Origin: Leptospiraceae bacterium
Lineage (GTDB): Bacteria; Spirochaetota; Leptospiria; Leptospirales; Leptospiraceae
Direction of reading: 5' to 3'
Assembly: GCA_016711485.1 (NCBI GenBank)
Contig: JADJSX010000013.1
Location: forward strand, 1-22,888
Length of the DNA: 22,888 nt
Shown here: positions 1 to 7,076 of the stretch, one piece after another
How positions within the stretch are numbered: the first letter of the stretch is position 1
How the letters are laid out: every line of letters begins with the position of its first letter
Notes under the pieces: generated by a model
Seen by the model: the letters and a program-made list of their open reading frames with translations, nothing else
Told to the model about the DNA's origin: nothing
The model's database searches: none
Made by a program: the position numbers and the translations under genes

Positions 1-487
1 GTGTTTTCGCATGAATGGGAAATATTTTGCCTTCCACCTCCTGTGGCTTATATCTTTCTTCTGTAAATACGTATTTTGCAGTTCAAACAATTTCCACCGG
101 ATTGAATGAATGGCTTAATTAATTTTATTAAAATTTGCTTGTAGACTCATATTAGCCTTCCTCAATTCTAGAACTGCCTTTGCGATTTCTAGTTTCTCTG
201 GATCATCTGAATACTTCGATAGAATTCTTCTTCGGTAATAGAATCTTGCCAGTCTTTGATAATTCTAAGGTATTAGTATCCGTAAGAGCGTTTTTTTACT
301 TCCATACTCAAAATCTTCTTGCGCTAAATCTTTGTTTAGCTATCTCTGTATTGGATTTTTTGGACTAGATGTCTTCGTCCATCGCCCTTAATGACCTCGA
401 TGCTACTTTGTCCTTGAAAGAAATTTTTCACGCTGCCTCCTACCATCTCACGATAGTCGATAGCTTCAAAAAATAATTCTCTGAGTC

Positions 488-1015
488 ATTTCGCATAATC
501 GTGAGTAAATGCGATTTTCGAAAACTCCTTTAAAGATTCCATTGGTTTGTTAGATGTAACAATTGTTAGTCGTCGGTTTTCGTAACGAGTATCAATCAAA
601 TCGTAAATCTTTTCCATCGCCCATGCTGTTTCTTTCTGGACTCCGAAATCATCTAATACTAGCACGGGAACTTTCTGGAATTCGTTTTCGATTGCTTTGC
701 TCGTAGATTCTACTTCACCCCAAAATTTATCTTTGTTCGTAAAGTTGCTTTGATTGCCTCAAGAAATCTTTTGATACTTTACAGTATCTAGCTTCGATTC
801 CTTTCTTGAAAATTAGATGGTTTAGGATTGCACAGGCTACATGTGTTTTCCGCTACCTGTCCCCACAGATAAAATCCTCTGTGGGAAATTTCTTTTCCTC
901 TAGAAATTCTCTGACTAAATCTGTATTCAGGAATAACCAAGCTGTCTTGTCATGTGTAGTTTCGATATTTAGATTTGCAAGCCTGTATCGGCTTGGAATA
1001 TTGGATTTGTCGTAG
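488..1015 (-). pseudogene. DnaC/IstB-like AAA+ ATPase (helicase loader / IS21 helper-like), inactivated
   Basis: Minus-strand translation gives ...EFLEEKKFPTEDFICGDR*RKTHVACAILNHL... with a stop codon inside the Walker A motif (G-x-x-G-K-T-H). After a frame change it gives ...KVPVLVLDDFGVQKETAWAMEKIYDLIDTRYENRRLTIVTSNKPMESLKEF..., which matches the Walker B and RYE/TSN motifs typical of IstB/DnaC. There is no continuous ORF on either strand. Confidence 0.45.
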
Positions 1016-1106
1016 AGTTTTTAATTCTAGAAAATTCTAATGAAAAGGCATACATTTACAATTATCTAACTTGGTGGTTGTGGCATTGTAAATGTATCGC
1101 CTCTTC

Positions 1107-1271
1107 TTACTCATGCTCTTCGCTACCACACGTATTGCATAAATCATTTACACATTCGCATAATTGCAATTCGCCGTTTGTCCTTGCTTGGTAGTATCCG
1201 AGTCCTGAACATGCGTAACATGTATTAGGTTTGCTTGCAGATACTAGTTCTAGTTTTGGCATTGCTGTCAT
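1107..1271 (-). CDS. Small cysteine-rich (zinc-ribbon-like) protein, 54 aa
   Basis: ORF MTAMPKLELVSASKPNTCYACSGLGYYQARTNGELQLCECVNDLCNTCGSEEHE has CxxC, CxC and CxxC spacing. AGGAGA lies 9 nt upstream of the ATG (caaggagaataagaacaaATG). It falls below the 60-aa cutoff of the ORF track. Confidence 0.35.
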   Translation of the reverse strand: MTAMPKLELVSASKPNTCYACSGLGYYQARTNGELQLCECVNDLCNTCGSEEHE

Positions 1272-1277
1272 TTGTTC

Positions 1278-1584
1278 TTATTCTCCTTGTATTTTTCTGA
1301 ATTCTTCTAGTGAATTACTGCGAATAGCCTCAATTGCCCGTTCTAGATTACTTTTGTTTTCGTCAATACCTATGAATTCGTAAAGCGACATACGTTCAAC
1401 GTTATCGCGTTTTTTCGTTATACAGGAAGATGACCACAGCTACAGATGACGAATGATGCTTCCGATTCATCATAAACTCTATATCAGTAATCGCTTCCAG
1501 TTTTGCTAACTCTTCTATCGCTTGCTTGCCGAGTTCGATTAACTCTGCTTTCGTTGTGGTTGTTCGTTTTAGTGTTTGTTCCAT
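1278..1584 (-). pseudogene. Hypothetical phage protein split by a +/-1 frameshift at an A6/T6 run (N-part 1402-1584, C-part 1278-1400)
   Basis: The 60-aa ORF MEQTLKRTTTTKAELIELGKQAIEELAKLEAITDIEF... stops at 1402. The adjacent frame continues directly as VERMSLYEFIGIDENKSNLERAIEAIRSNSLEEFRKIQGE*. The homopolymer tttttt at 1410-1415 is the likely slip site. Confidence 0.3.
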
Positions 1585-1599
1585 AGTTTTCTCCTTTTC

Positions 1600-1998
1600 T
1601 TAATTAAGTTTTGAAAAATCAGCCTTATCAGCCTTATCAGCCTTAAAATATTCAAAAGCTTCTCTACTTTTAAATCCAATAAGATGACTTCTATACGTAT
1701 TGTTTTTGTTTTTACTGAACCCTGCTTTTGATAATGCTCTGCCAATTCCATTGATATTAAAAGATAATTTCGGGTGATTGGTTGATAAAAATTCTAGAAC
1801 TTTAGAGGCTGTTAGCCATTTTGCGCTTTCAGATTCTTTTCCTGCCGGTTCAAAGTGTCTGCCTATTACATCGTATTCGTTATGATTGCGTTCGTATTGT
1901 CTTGCGTTATCTATGATCTCATTTTCTTCTTTTGGGGATAAAAGAATTTCGTTTCCTTCGAGTTCAAGGTATTCGTTATATACCTGTGCTAATACCAT
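1600..1998 (-). CDS. C-terminal fragment of a phage/plasmid primase-type replication protein (fragment 3 of 3)
   Basis: The 132-aa ORF overlaps the end of the P-loop ORF by 10 nt in another frame, so it looks like a downstream continuation after a frameshift. No independent RBS is evident. Confidence 0.35.
   Translation of the reverse strand: MVLAQVYNEYLELEGNEILLSPKEENEIIDNARQYERNHNEYDVIGRHFEPAGKESESAKWLTASKVLEFLSTNHPKLSFNINGIGRALSKAGFSKNKNNTYRSHLIGFKSREAFEYFKADKADKADFSKLN
1618..1654. repeat. 9-bp tandem repeat (atcagcctt) x about 4, in-frame, encoding (KAD)n at the C-terminus of the 1600-1998 ORF
   Basis: Direct reading: agccttatc agccttatc agccttatc agcctta. The translated ORF ends ...FKADKADKADFSKLN. 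Confidence 0.8.
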
Positions 1999-2552
1999 TC
2001 CTTATTGATTCTAAGGAATTTATCGAATTTTAATTTTTCCTCTACGGTAACTACTATGAATCTACGATTTTCGGTATCCCATAAAGGCTCTTCTACGTTG
2101 CATGAGCCAAGAAACGATACTGTTCTGTTGAATCGCTCTGGGTCTTTTCCGTAAGCCCTTCTTGCGATTGCTCCCGTATTTGAAATGAATCCTCTCAGTT
2201 GATCTGCTTCAAAACGATTGCTTGCGATTCCTTCCAATTCGTCTAAGTCCCAAAACATACATGTTGAGGCTAATTGTAAGCTGTCTTTAGATTTGAATTC
2301 GACATACCTTGCCGAATTCTGATATTTCGCTCTGATAAATGCCGGAGCAAAGTTTGTGCAAAATATTGTTTTGCCCTTACCGCCTCTATCTGACTGAATA
2401 AGGAAGCAATATTCGTTAATGAAATTTGGAACGAATACAGAATGAATCGCCATCGTATACCATTTTTTGAAATAATGTGCAACATCTATTTTATTGGTAT
2501 ATTTGAAACAGTTGACCATTTCACTCAAATAATCCTTATCCCCTTTTTCCAT
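1989..2552 (-). CDS. P4/D5-family primase C-terminal NTPase domain (SF3-helicase-like P-loop) fragment, also called VirE-like
   Basis: Walker A DRGGKGKT and Walker B-like FWDLDEL are present. The stretch GAIARRAYGKDPERFNRTVSFLGSCNVEEPLWDTENRRFIVVTV matches the conserved TGGD-x-ar-x-y...tN-x-P...wRR...i-x-F block of the phage/plasmid primase P4-family C-terminal domain. It is flanked by a stop and a frame change relative to the upstream N-terminal ORF. Confidence 0.55.
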   Translation of the reverse strand: MEKGDKDYLSEMVNCFKYTNKIDVAHYFKKWYTMAIHSVFVPNFINEYCFLIQSDRGGKGKTIFCTNFAPAFIRAKYQNSARYVEFKSKDSLQLASTCMFWDLDELEGIASNRFEADQLRGFISNTGAIARRAYGKDPERFNRTVSFLGSCNVEEPLWDTENRRFIVVTVEEKLKFDKFLRINKEWY

Positions 2553-2649
2553 TTGCCGTTAAATGATTGAATGTATTCGATGAGTGGGTTATAATTTCTG
2601 ACAAAAGAAGAATTGAGGCTAATACGAATTGTCGACGGATGAACATCTT

Positions 2650-3108
2650 TTAATTTTGGATTAGTAAGGAGTTCTTTGTAAACGTCGTTGAATATAATTT
2701 CACTCCATTGCCTGAATTCTGTTTCGTTTTTCTTTTGTATTCGATGAGTCCTGAAATAGTATCTCTTCTGAAATCGTATTTAGCGGATAACGCCGATTCG
2801 AGAATAGTAAACTCTGTAGTTTCGTTTACGGAAAAATTTACAAAATCTTTTTTCTCTTTTTTCTTTTCGGTTACTGGTTGATAGGCGACTTGGAATTTGG
2901 CTTTCAATTCCGCATTTGTAATTTCTTTTATTCTACTTTCGATAAATCCCTTATAGGATTTTTCGACTTTGTTCATGATCGAAATGGAAGGACATTCTAA
3001 AATAATTTCCTTATCAGTATTTTTAACTACTGTCAACGGATGAATGAATAGAGTGTATTCCCCTAGTGCCACATCAGACTTCAATAAATTTAAAACTTCT
3101 TGCCACAT
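2650..3108 (-). CDS. N-terminal fragment of a replication initiator with a DnaA-N-like start (fragment 1 of 3)
   Basis: MWQEVLNLLKSDVALGEYTLFIHPLTVVKNTDKEIILECPSISIMNKVEKSY resembles the DnaA N-terminal domain pattern lWqq-x-L...f-x-Wi-x-pL...l-x-l-x-pn-x-f...v. A TAA stop is followed in-frame by more ORF, then a +1 shift into the P-loop ORF. Confidence 0.4.
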   Translation of the reverse strand: MWQEVLNLLKSDVALGEYTLFIHPLTVVKNTDKEIILECPSISIMNKVEKSYKGFIESRIKEITNAELKAKFQVAYQPVTEKKKEKKDFVNFSVNETTEFTILESALSAKYDFRRDTISGLIEYKRKTKQNSGNGVKLYSTTFTKNSLLIQN

Positions 3109-3109
3109 A

Positions 3110-3394
3110 CTACGCCGCTTTCCTTTTTGTTATTTTTTTATTTTGTGTAATGGAGATATTTTTATAAGCCAATTTATTATCTAGTATAGAGCGTTCGCCT
3201 ACTAGTTGTTTGCCTGTGAGATGAACAAGATTTTTTAGCAGTAGAGCCAAGTCTTCTATCGTGGAATTTTGAATAATGTCAGATGGAATTGCAGGTAGAA
3301 AGAATTCTATATAGAATTTATCTATCTTGAGTGTATTTTGTAACTCTAAGGATTTCTTTCGTGGCTCTATGATTTGCTTTCTGTCGTTGTTCAT
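3110..3394 (-). CDS. Hypothetical phage protein, 94 aa
   Basis: ORF is tightly packed with its neighbours (a 3-nt gap to the next start). It lies in the same orientation as the integrase module. Confidence 0.4.
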   Translation of the reverse strand: MNNDRKQIIEPRKKSLELQNTLKIDKFYIEFFLPAIPSDIIQNSTIEDLALLLKNLVHLTGKQLVGERSILDNKLAYKNISITQNKKITKRKAA

Positions 3395-3404
3395 AATTAT
3401 AAAC

Positions 3405-3617
3405 CTAGTCCTGATTTGTAATTCGATACGGAATATTTAGCTGATCTGCGATAGCGAAAAGATTCTCTTTCTCGATATGCTTTACTAAGCCCTTATGGTA
3501 ATTTCTTGCCGTGCTTGCAGAGATTTTAAGAAAATTCTGCAATTCTCCAGCATCAGAAAATCTTATTTGCATTTGACTAAATGCCTCCTGTTCTAGTTCT
3601 TCTACTGTAGTAATCAT
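3405..3617 (-). CDS. Small HTH DNA-binding protein, excisionase/AlpA-like
   Basis: 70 aa. The segment LKISASTARNYHKGLV looks like a helix-turn-helix. The gene overlaps the integrase stop by 4 nt (ATGA-type coupling) and sits immediately downstream of int. Confidence 0.5.
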   Translation of the reverse strand: MITTVEELEQEAFSQMQIRFSDAGELQNFLKISASTARNYHKGLVKHIEKENLFAIADQLNIPYRITNQD

Positions 3618-4501
3618 TTGGATTCCCTTTCTAAGTTTTTATAATTCTCGAAATGTTGTTTGTTGATTGCGGTTACATCTACGTTAGCCTTAACTAGATA
3701 GTATTTTTTTACTGTAGCTTCTGAGTTTCCGAAAGCGTCTTCGCAAAGTTCATGTAAAGGAATTTGCGGATTTTCCTTGATGACTTCGTTAATTGATTTG
3801 TGTCTGATTAAGTGCGGTCGAATAGGTCTAGTCGTAAATTTACTGGCATCCCTCATCCACTTCTGAACGGTTCCTACTGCAATATGTTTTTTGGTAGAGA
3901 CGGGACTTTGGAATAACCAGATAGTAGAGCCAAATTCGATGACTATATTTTCATATAGCTCTTTAGGTATCCAAGTTTCGAATTCATATCCGCCTTTTCG
4001 TAAAAACCGGATAGAGTAGCCTTGGCTGATTTTTTCAAATCTGCAATTGCTTAACTTTATCTTAATTGTTTCCGTTACCCTCAGAGATGTTGTATTAATG
4101 AAGTCAATGAGTAGAGCTAATCGGATATCTGAATTCTCTTTTGCTAGTCGTAAGTCTTCTGGCGTTGGAATATCATTCGACATGACTGTTTTCGTAACTA
4201 ATCTTATCTTGAATAACTTAAGGGCTTCTCTGTAATATATTTCCTGTTCTTGTATTCTTGCTCTGAATAGAGTTAGTCGAACGATATGTATAATTGCCTT
4301 GCGTAAATTGCTTTTACTCGACATTCCTATCGTGCGTGTTTCTGAATAATTTTGTAGAAACCGAAGCGCATTATTCGGTGTTAGCCCGTCTTTTTTTTGG
4401 TCTAAGAATTTCTGGAAATGGATCCCGTAATATTTGTAGTTTCTCGAAAGTGGGGGTTCTAATATTTTTAATGTTTTTTTTAGGTTTGGAGGCTTTTTCA
4501 T
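3614..4501 (-). CDS. int: Tyrosine-type site-specific integrase/recombinase
   Basis: 295 aa. Box I is LRVTETI (catalytic Arg). Box II is RPHLIRHKSI (H-x-x-R-H). The C-terminal KKYYLVKA supplies the catalytic Tyr. A SAM-like N-terminal region is present. Confidence 0.8.
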   Translation of the reverse strand: MKKPPNLKKTLKILEPPLSRNYKYYGIHFQKFLDQKKDGLTPNNALRFLQNYSETRTIGMSSKSNLRKAIIHIVRLTLFRARIQEQEIYYREALKLFKIRLVTKTVMSNDIPTPEDLRLAKENSDIRLALLIDFINTTSLRVTETIKIKLSNCRFEKISQGYSIRFLRKGGYEFETWIPKELYENIVIEFGSTIWLFQSPVSTKKHIAVGTVQKWMRDASKFTTRPIRPHLIRHKSINEVIKENPQIPLHELCEDAFGNSEATVKKYYLVKANVDVTAINKQHFENYKNLERESK

Positions 4502-4581
4502 AGTTTTTTATCGACTAGGGAAAACCGGAACTTTAAGCTAGTTTTGCTTTTGTTTAGTATCTGTATAGTAGAGTGTCAGTC

Positions 4582-4589
4582 CTGCTGGT
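4582..4589. repeat. 8-bp direct repeat ctgctggt, left copy (putative target-site duplication)
   Basis: An identical 8-mer is present at 4733-4740, immediately outside the inverted repeats. Confidence 0.6.
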
Positions 4590-4732
4590 CAATGTCATTA
4601 AGTTAAGGATTTCTAACCACGAAGAGCACGAAGTTCACGAAGGATTTTCAATGTAATCTTCTCTTTTCTTCGTGTTCTTCGCGCCCTTCGTGGTTAATTT
4701 TTTTTCTGTTTTCTTAACTTAATGACATTGGG
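4590..4732. mobile_element. MITE-like miniature inverted-repeat element (143 bp), or alternatively an att-site palindrome
   Basis: A 19-nt terminal inverted repeat caatgtcattaagttaagg (4590-4608) pairs with tcttaacttaatgacattg (4712-4730), matching at 18 of 19 positions. The element is flanked by the 8-bp direct repeats ctgctggt and contains an internal long hairpin plus a T-run. It has no coding capacity. Confidence 0.55.
4615..4707 (+). terminator. Long imperfect hairpin followed by T8. A rho-independent terminator-like structure inside the MITE-like element.
   Basis: aaccacgaagagcacgaag (4615-4633) pairs with cttcgtgttcttcgcgcccttcgtggtt (4669-4696), using the repeated cacgaag/cttcgtg units. 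The run taatttttttt follows at 4697-4707. Confidence 0.5.
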
Positions 4733-4740
4733 CTGCTGGT
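4733..4740. repeat. 8-bp direct repeat ctgctggt, right copy
   Basis: Pairs with 4582-4589. Confidence 0.6.
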
Positions 4741-4801
4741 GAACAATGTATGGACTACTGCATAAAAAGTAAACACTTTGTTCGAAAATACTTAGTGCGA
4801 C

Positions 4802-4828
4802 TTGACAAAACTGGTATAAGCGTAAAAT
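4802..4828 (+). promoter_or_regulatory. Candidate sigma70-type promoter for the cyclase gene (TTGACA-15-TAAAAT), giving a near-leaderless start
   Basis: ttgaca lies at 4802-4807 and taaaat at 4823-4828. The ATG is at 4836. The spacer is short, at 15 nt. Confidence 0.2.
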
Positions 4829-4835
4829 CGAATCT

Positions 4836-6044
4836 ATGCTTCGTAGACAAATTTCGATTACACTCGCAAGATATTTTAGATTACATCTAAAAGAAGAATT
4901 AAATAAAAGTGAAGATTTATTAAATCTAATTACTCTCGAAGGAATTCCCTTTCGAGAATTGACCGCAACCATGTGCGCCAATTTAGAAATTGATTTTCCC
5001 GAATTACGAACATTAGCCGATCCTGAATTTAATTTATTTCGGAAATGGAATTCAAAATGGAAAACCAACGAATCAAAAGTTTTGGATTATGAAAAATCAA
5101 CTTACAAACTTTACAATCAAATTTATTACGAAAGAATTTTAGACCTTTCAAAAGGAACAAAAGAAAGTCGTCTCAAATTGGAAGAAAAATTAAAATCTCA
5201 GCTAAGTAAATCTAGTTTTTTTGGGCATCGTGTTACGTTTGGACTTTTTTTTCAAGGTGAAAGTTATATGCGTGAGTCTATTCGTGAAATTTTTTCTCTT
5301 CAAAATGAATTTTCATCTGAAGAAGCATACCAAATTCTTTTAGAACAAAGTGATTTTATCGCTAAATGCGGTTACGATTATTTTGATTCTATCGTTCAAG
5401 AAGCCTACGAAAAAAGTGACTCTCTTTTGAAAAATATTTTGCCAAATTCAGTTGCGGAAGAGCTAAAAGCAAATGGAAAAGTAACTCCGATTCATGTAGA
5501 TGCTGCGACTGTTTTATTTACAGATTTTTCTGGATTTACAAAAATTTCAACGCGAATGAGTCCGCAAGAATTAATCCGCGAACTAGACATTTGTTTTTCC
5601 GCCTTCGATTCCATTATAGGAAAATACAATTTGGAAAAAATTAAAACCATCGGCGATGCTTACCTTTGTGTGGGAGGACTTTTTGGAAATGACCCACTTC
5701 ATGCAGCAAACTCTTGTTATGCGGCATTAGAAATTTCTGAATTTATTCGAAAACGAAAATTAGAGAAAGAAAAATCAGGTTTAGAATATTGGGATATTCG
5801 AATAGGACTTCATACCGGCGAATTAGTAGCAGGTGTCATTGGTGATAAAAAATTTGCATTTGATATTTGGGGGGATACAGTCAACACCGCAAGCAGAATG
5901 GAATCGAGTGGAGAAATTGGGAAAATCAATGTATCAGAACAACTTTATCAGGCAACTAAAGACAAATTTCATTTTGTTCCTCGATGCGAATTTGATGTAA
6001 AAGGCAAAGGTAAAATGAAACTATTTCTATTAACGTCAGGTTAA
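4836..6044 (+). CDS. Class III adenylate/guanylate cyclase with an uncharacterised ~200-aa N-terminal domain
   Basis: The C-terminal CYC domain is clear: VLFTDFSGFTKIS...KTIGDAYLCVGG...RIGLHTGELVAGVIG...FDIWGDTVNTASRMES...G-x-I-x-VS. This gives the metal-binding Asp, transition-state Asn/Arg and the dimer-interface motifs. Confidence 0.85.
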   Translation: MLRRQISITLARYFRLHLKEELNKSEDLLNLITLEGIPFRELTATMCANLEIDFPELRTLADPEFNLFRKWNSKWKTNESKVLDYEKSTYKLYNQIYYERILDLSKGTKESRLKLEEKLKSQLSKSSFFGHRVTFGLFFQGESYMRESIREIFSLQNEFSSEEAYQILLEQSDFIAKCGYDYFDSIVQEAYEKSDSLLKNILPNSVAEELKANGKVTPIHVDAATVLFTDFSGFTKISTRMSPQELIRELDICFSAFDSIIGKYNLEKIKTIGDAYLCVGGLFGNDPLHAANSCYAALEISEFIRKRKLEKEKSGLEYWDIRIGLHTGELVAGVIGDKKFAFDIWGDTVNTASRMESSGEIGKINVSEQLYQATKDKFHFVPRCEFDVKGKGKMKLFLLTSG

Positions 6045-6167
6045 TTTAAGAAAAGTTTTTTAAAGGTGAACACGGATAGCCCAGAAAAAATAAGTGGTGA
6101 TGCTCTATAATTCACATGCTCATTTTAAGCATATTTTGAAATGGAAAAAATAAATATTCTGAATAAC

Positions 6168-6917
6168 TTACAATATCCCAAATTCCGCACAATATTTTTT
6201 AAAAAGTGCAAAACCGGAGAGGTCATTTGGTGTTATCCGGTAGTGCAATTCGTTTTTTAGATAGGTGTTTAACATTATCTGCGTAAATCTTTTTTCGGAA
6301 AGTATAATTTCATCTATATGTAAAAGTCCATATTCCAGAGATTCTAGAAAAAAAGAGTCAGGGTATATTTTGGTTTTAGGAAAAGCCCAAAATGCAAATA
6401 CAAAAGAAAATCCTGTCTCTTCATTCCACCATTGTGCTAAATCTCTGACTTCGTAAACCGAAGAATCCCATTCTGCCAGAAGTGCATTATCTCCAAATAA
6501 CAAATGGGAACTTTTTCCAGTTTGAATTTTTTCCAATATTTGGTTTGGCTCTGTTGGAATAACGTTAATCAATCTTCCAGTTTGTTTTTTAAGTAGAGTT
6601 TGTATTAGTGCTACACTACTACGAGATCCAGAATCTGTATAAATTTCTTCAGGTGGAAAATTTTCATTTTTATTTTTAAAAAACAATATAGAACGAACTT
6701 TGTCTTTAGCACAAACTCCGCATACTCTGGCATACGAAAGAACGGATTCATTTCGAATACATTCCACAGAAGAAATGAGCGCAGTATCCAAATCTCCTCG
6801 TAACAATAAATCTTTTAGAACAGATGGATTTTCATATACCAATTCATGATTTCCTAATTTTTCGAATCCATACGTGAGTGGGCGTGCATTCAAGTGTTTT
6901 ACAATTCCGATTTTCAT
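6168..6917 (-). CDS. mqnA: Menaquinone biosynthesis (futalosine pathway) protein of the MqnA/MqnD family, a chorismate dehydratase-like enzyme
   Basis: The N-terminus MKIGIVKHLNARPLTYGFEKL...GDLDTALISSVE matches the riG-x-i-x-yLN-x-x-PL...G-x-lD-x-al-x-S signature of the MqnA/MqnD (VitK2 biosynthesis) fold. The length is 249 aa. Confidence 0.7.
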   Translation of the reverse strand: MKIGIVKHLNARPLTYGFEKLGNHELVYENPSVLKDLLLRGDLDTALISSVECIRNESVLSYARVCGVCAKDKVRSILFFKNKNENFPPEEIYTDSGSRSSVALIQTLLKKQTGRLINVIPTEPNQILEKIQTGKSSHLLFGDNALLAEWDSSVYEVRDLAQWWNEETGFSFVFAFWAFPKTKIYPDSFFLESLEYGLLHIDEIILSEKRFTQIMLNTYLKNELHYRITPNDLSGFALFKKYCAEFGIL

Positions 6918-7033
6918 ATTAATGCTAGATTTATGGAATAGACTTTTTTGGAAATTAGGAATTTAGTAACACAAATCGAAATTAGCCGCTATAGATAAAA
7001 TATCTCTATTCAAAGTGTTAGCGATCAACTGGA

Positions 7034-7062
7034 TGAATCGAACAGTTGTATCGTTCGATTCA
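7034..7062. promoter_or_regulatory. 10-bp-stem hairpin (tgaatcgaac / gttcgattca) in the mqnA-helicase divergent intergenic region
   Basis: Perfect inverted repeat at 7034-7043 and 7053-7062 with a 9-nt loop. There is no T-run on either side. Confidence 0.4.
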
Positions 7063-7076
7063 GGAAGGCGAGCGCG

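Larger units (their letters stand above)
1..4501. mobile_element. Degraded integrative element / prophage remnant. Contains integrase, an excisionase-like HTH gene, fragments of a replication module and a DnaC/IstB-like pseudogene. The left boundary is not in the window.
   Basis: A cluster of minus-strand phage-type genes ends with a tyrosine integrase whose 5' end abuts a nested palindrome flanked by 8-bp direct repeats (4582-4740). Several genes are broken by stops or frameshifts. Confidence 0.5.

Noticed and set aside
180-1015. Plus-strand ORFs 180-368 and 806-1015
   Set aside because: They are opposite the decayed DnaC/IstB-like gene and other minus-strand fragments. They have no RBS and no recognisable motifs.
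4047-4503. Plus-strand ORFs 4047-4235 and 4294-4503 (62 and 69 aa)
   Set aside because: They lie entirely antisense within the integrase gene. They have no RBS and a low-complexity composition, so they are shadow ORFs.
4502-4835. tRNA gene as integrase attachment target
   Set aside because: No cloverleaf-compatible sequence and no T-loop-like GTTCGAATC motif occur in the region. The structure present is a nested palindrome instead.
4694-5068. Minus-strand 124-aa ORF spanning the MITE-like element and the start of the cyclase gene
   Set aside because: It runs antisense to a well-supported cyclase CDS and through a palindromic non-coding element. Its composition (FHFEFHF...) is an artefact of the T-rich sequence.
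4836-6044. Pycsar-type anti-phage cyclase interpretation
   Set aside because: No downstream effector gene (TM, TIR or other) sits in the same orientation. The next gene is a convergent housekeeping mqnA. Without substrate-pocket analysis the idea cannot be supported.
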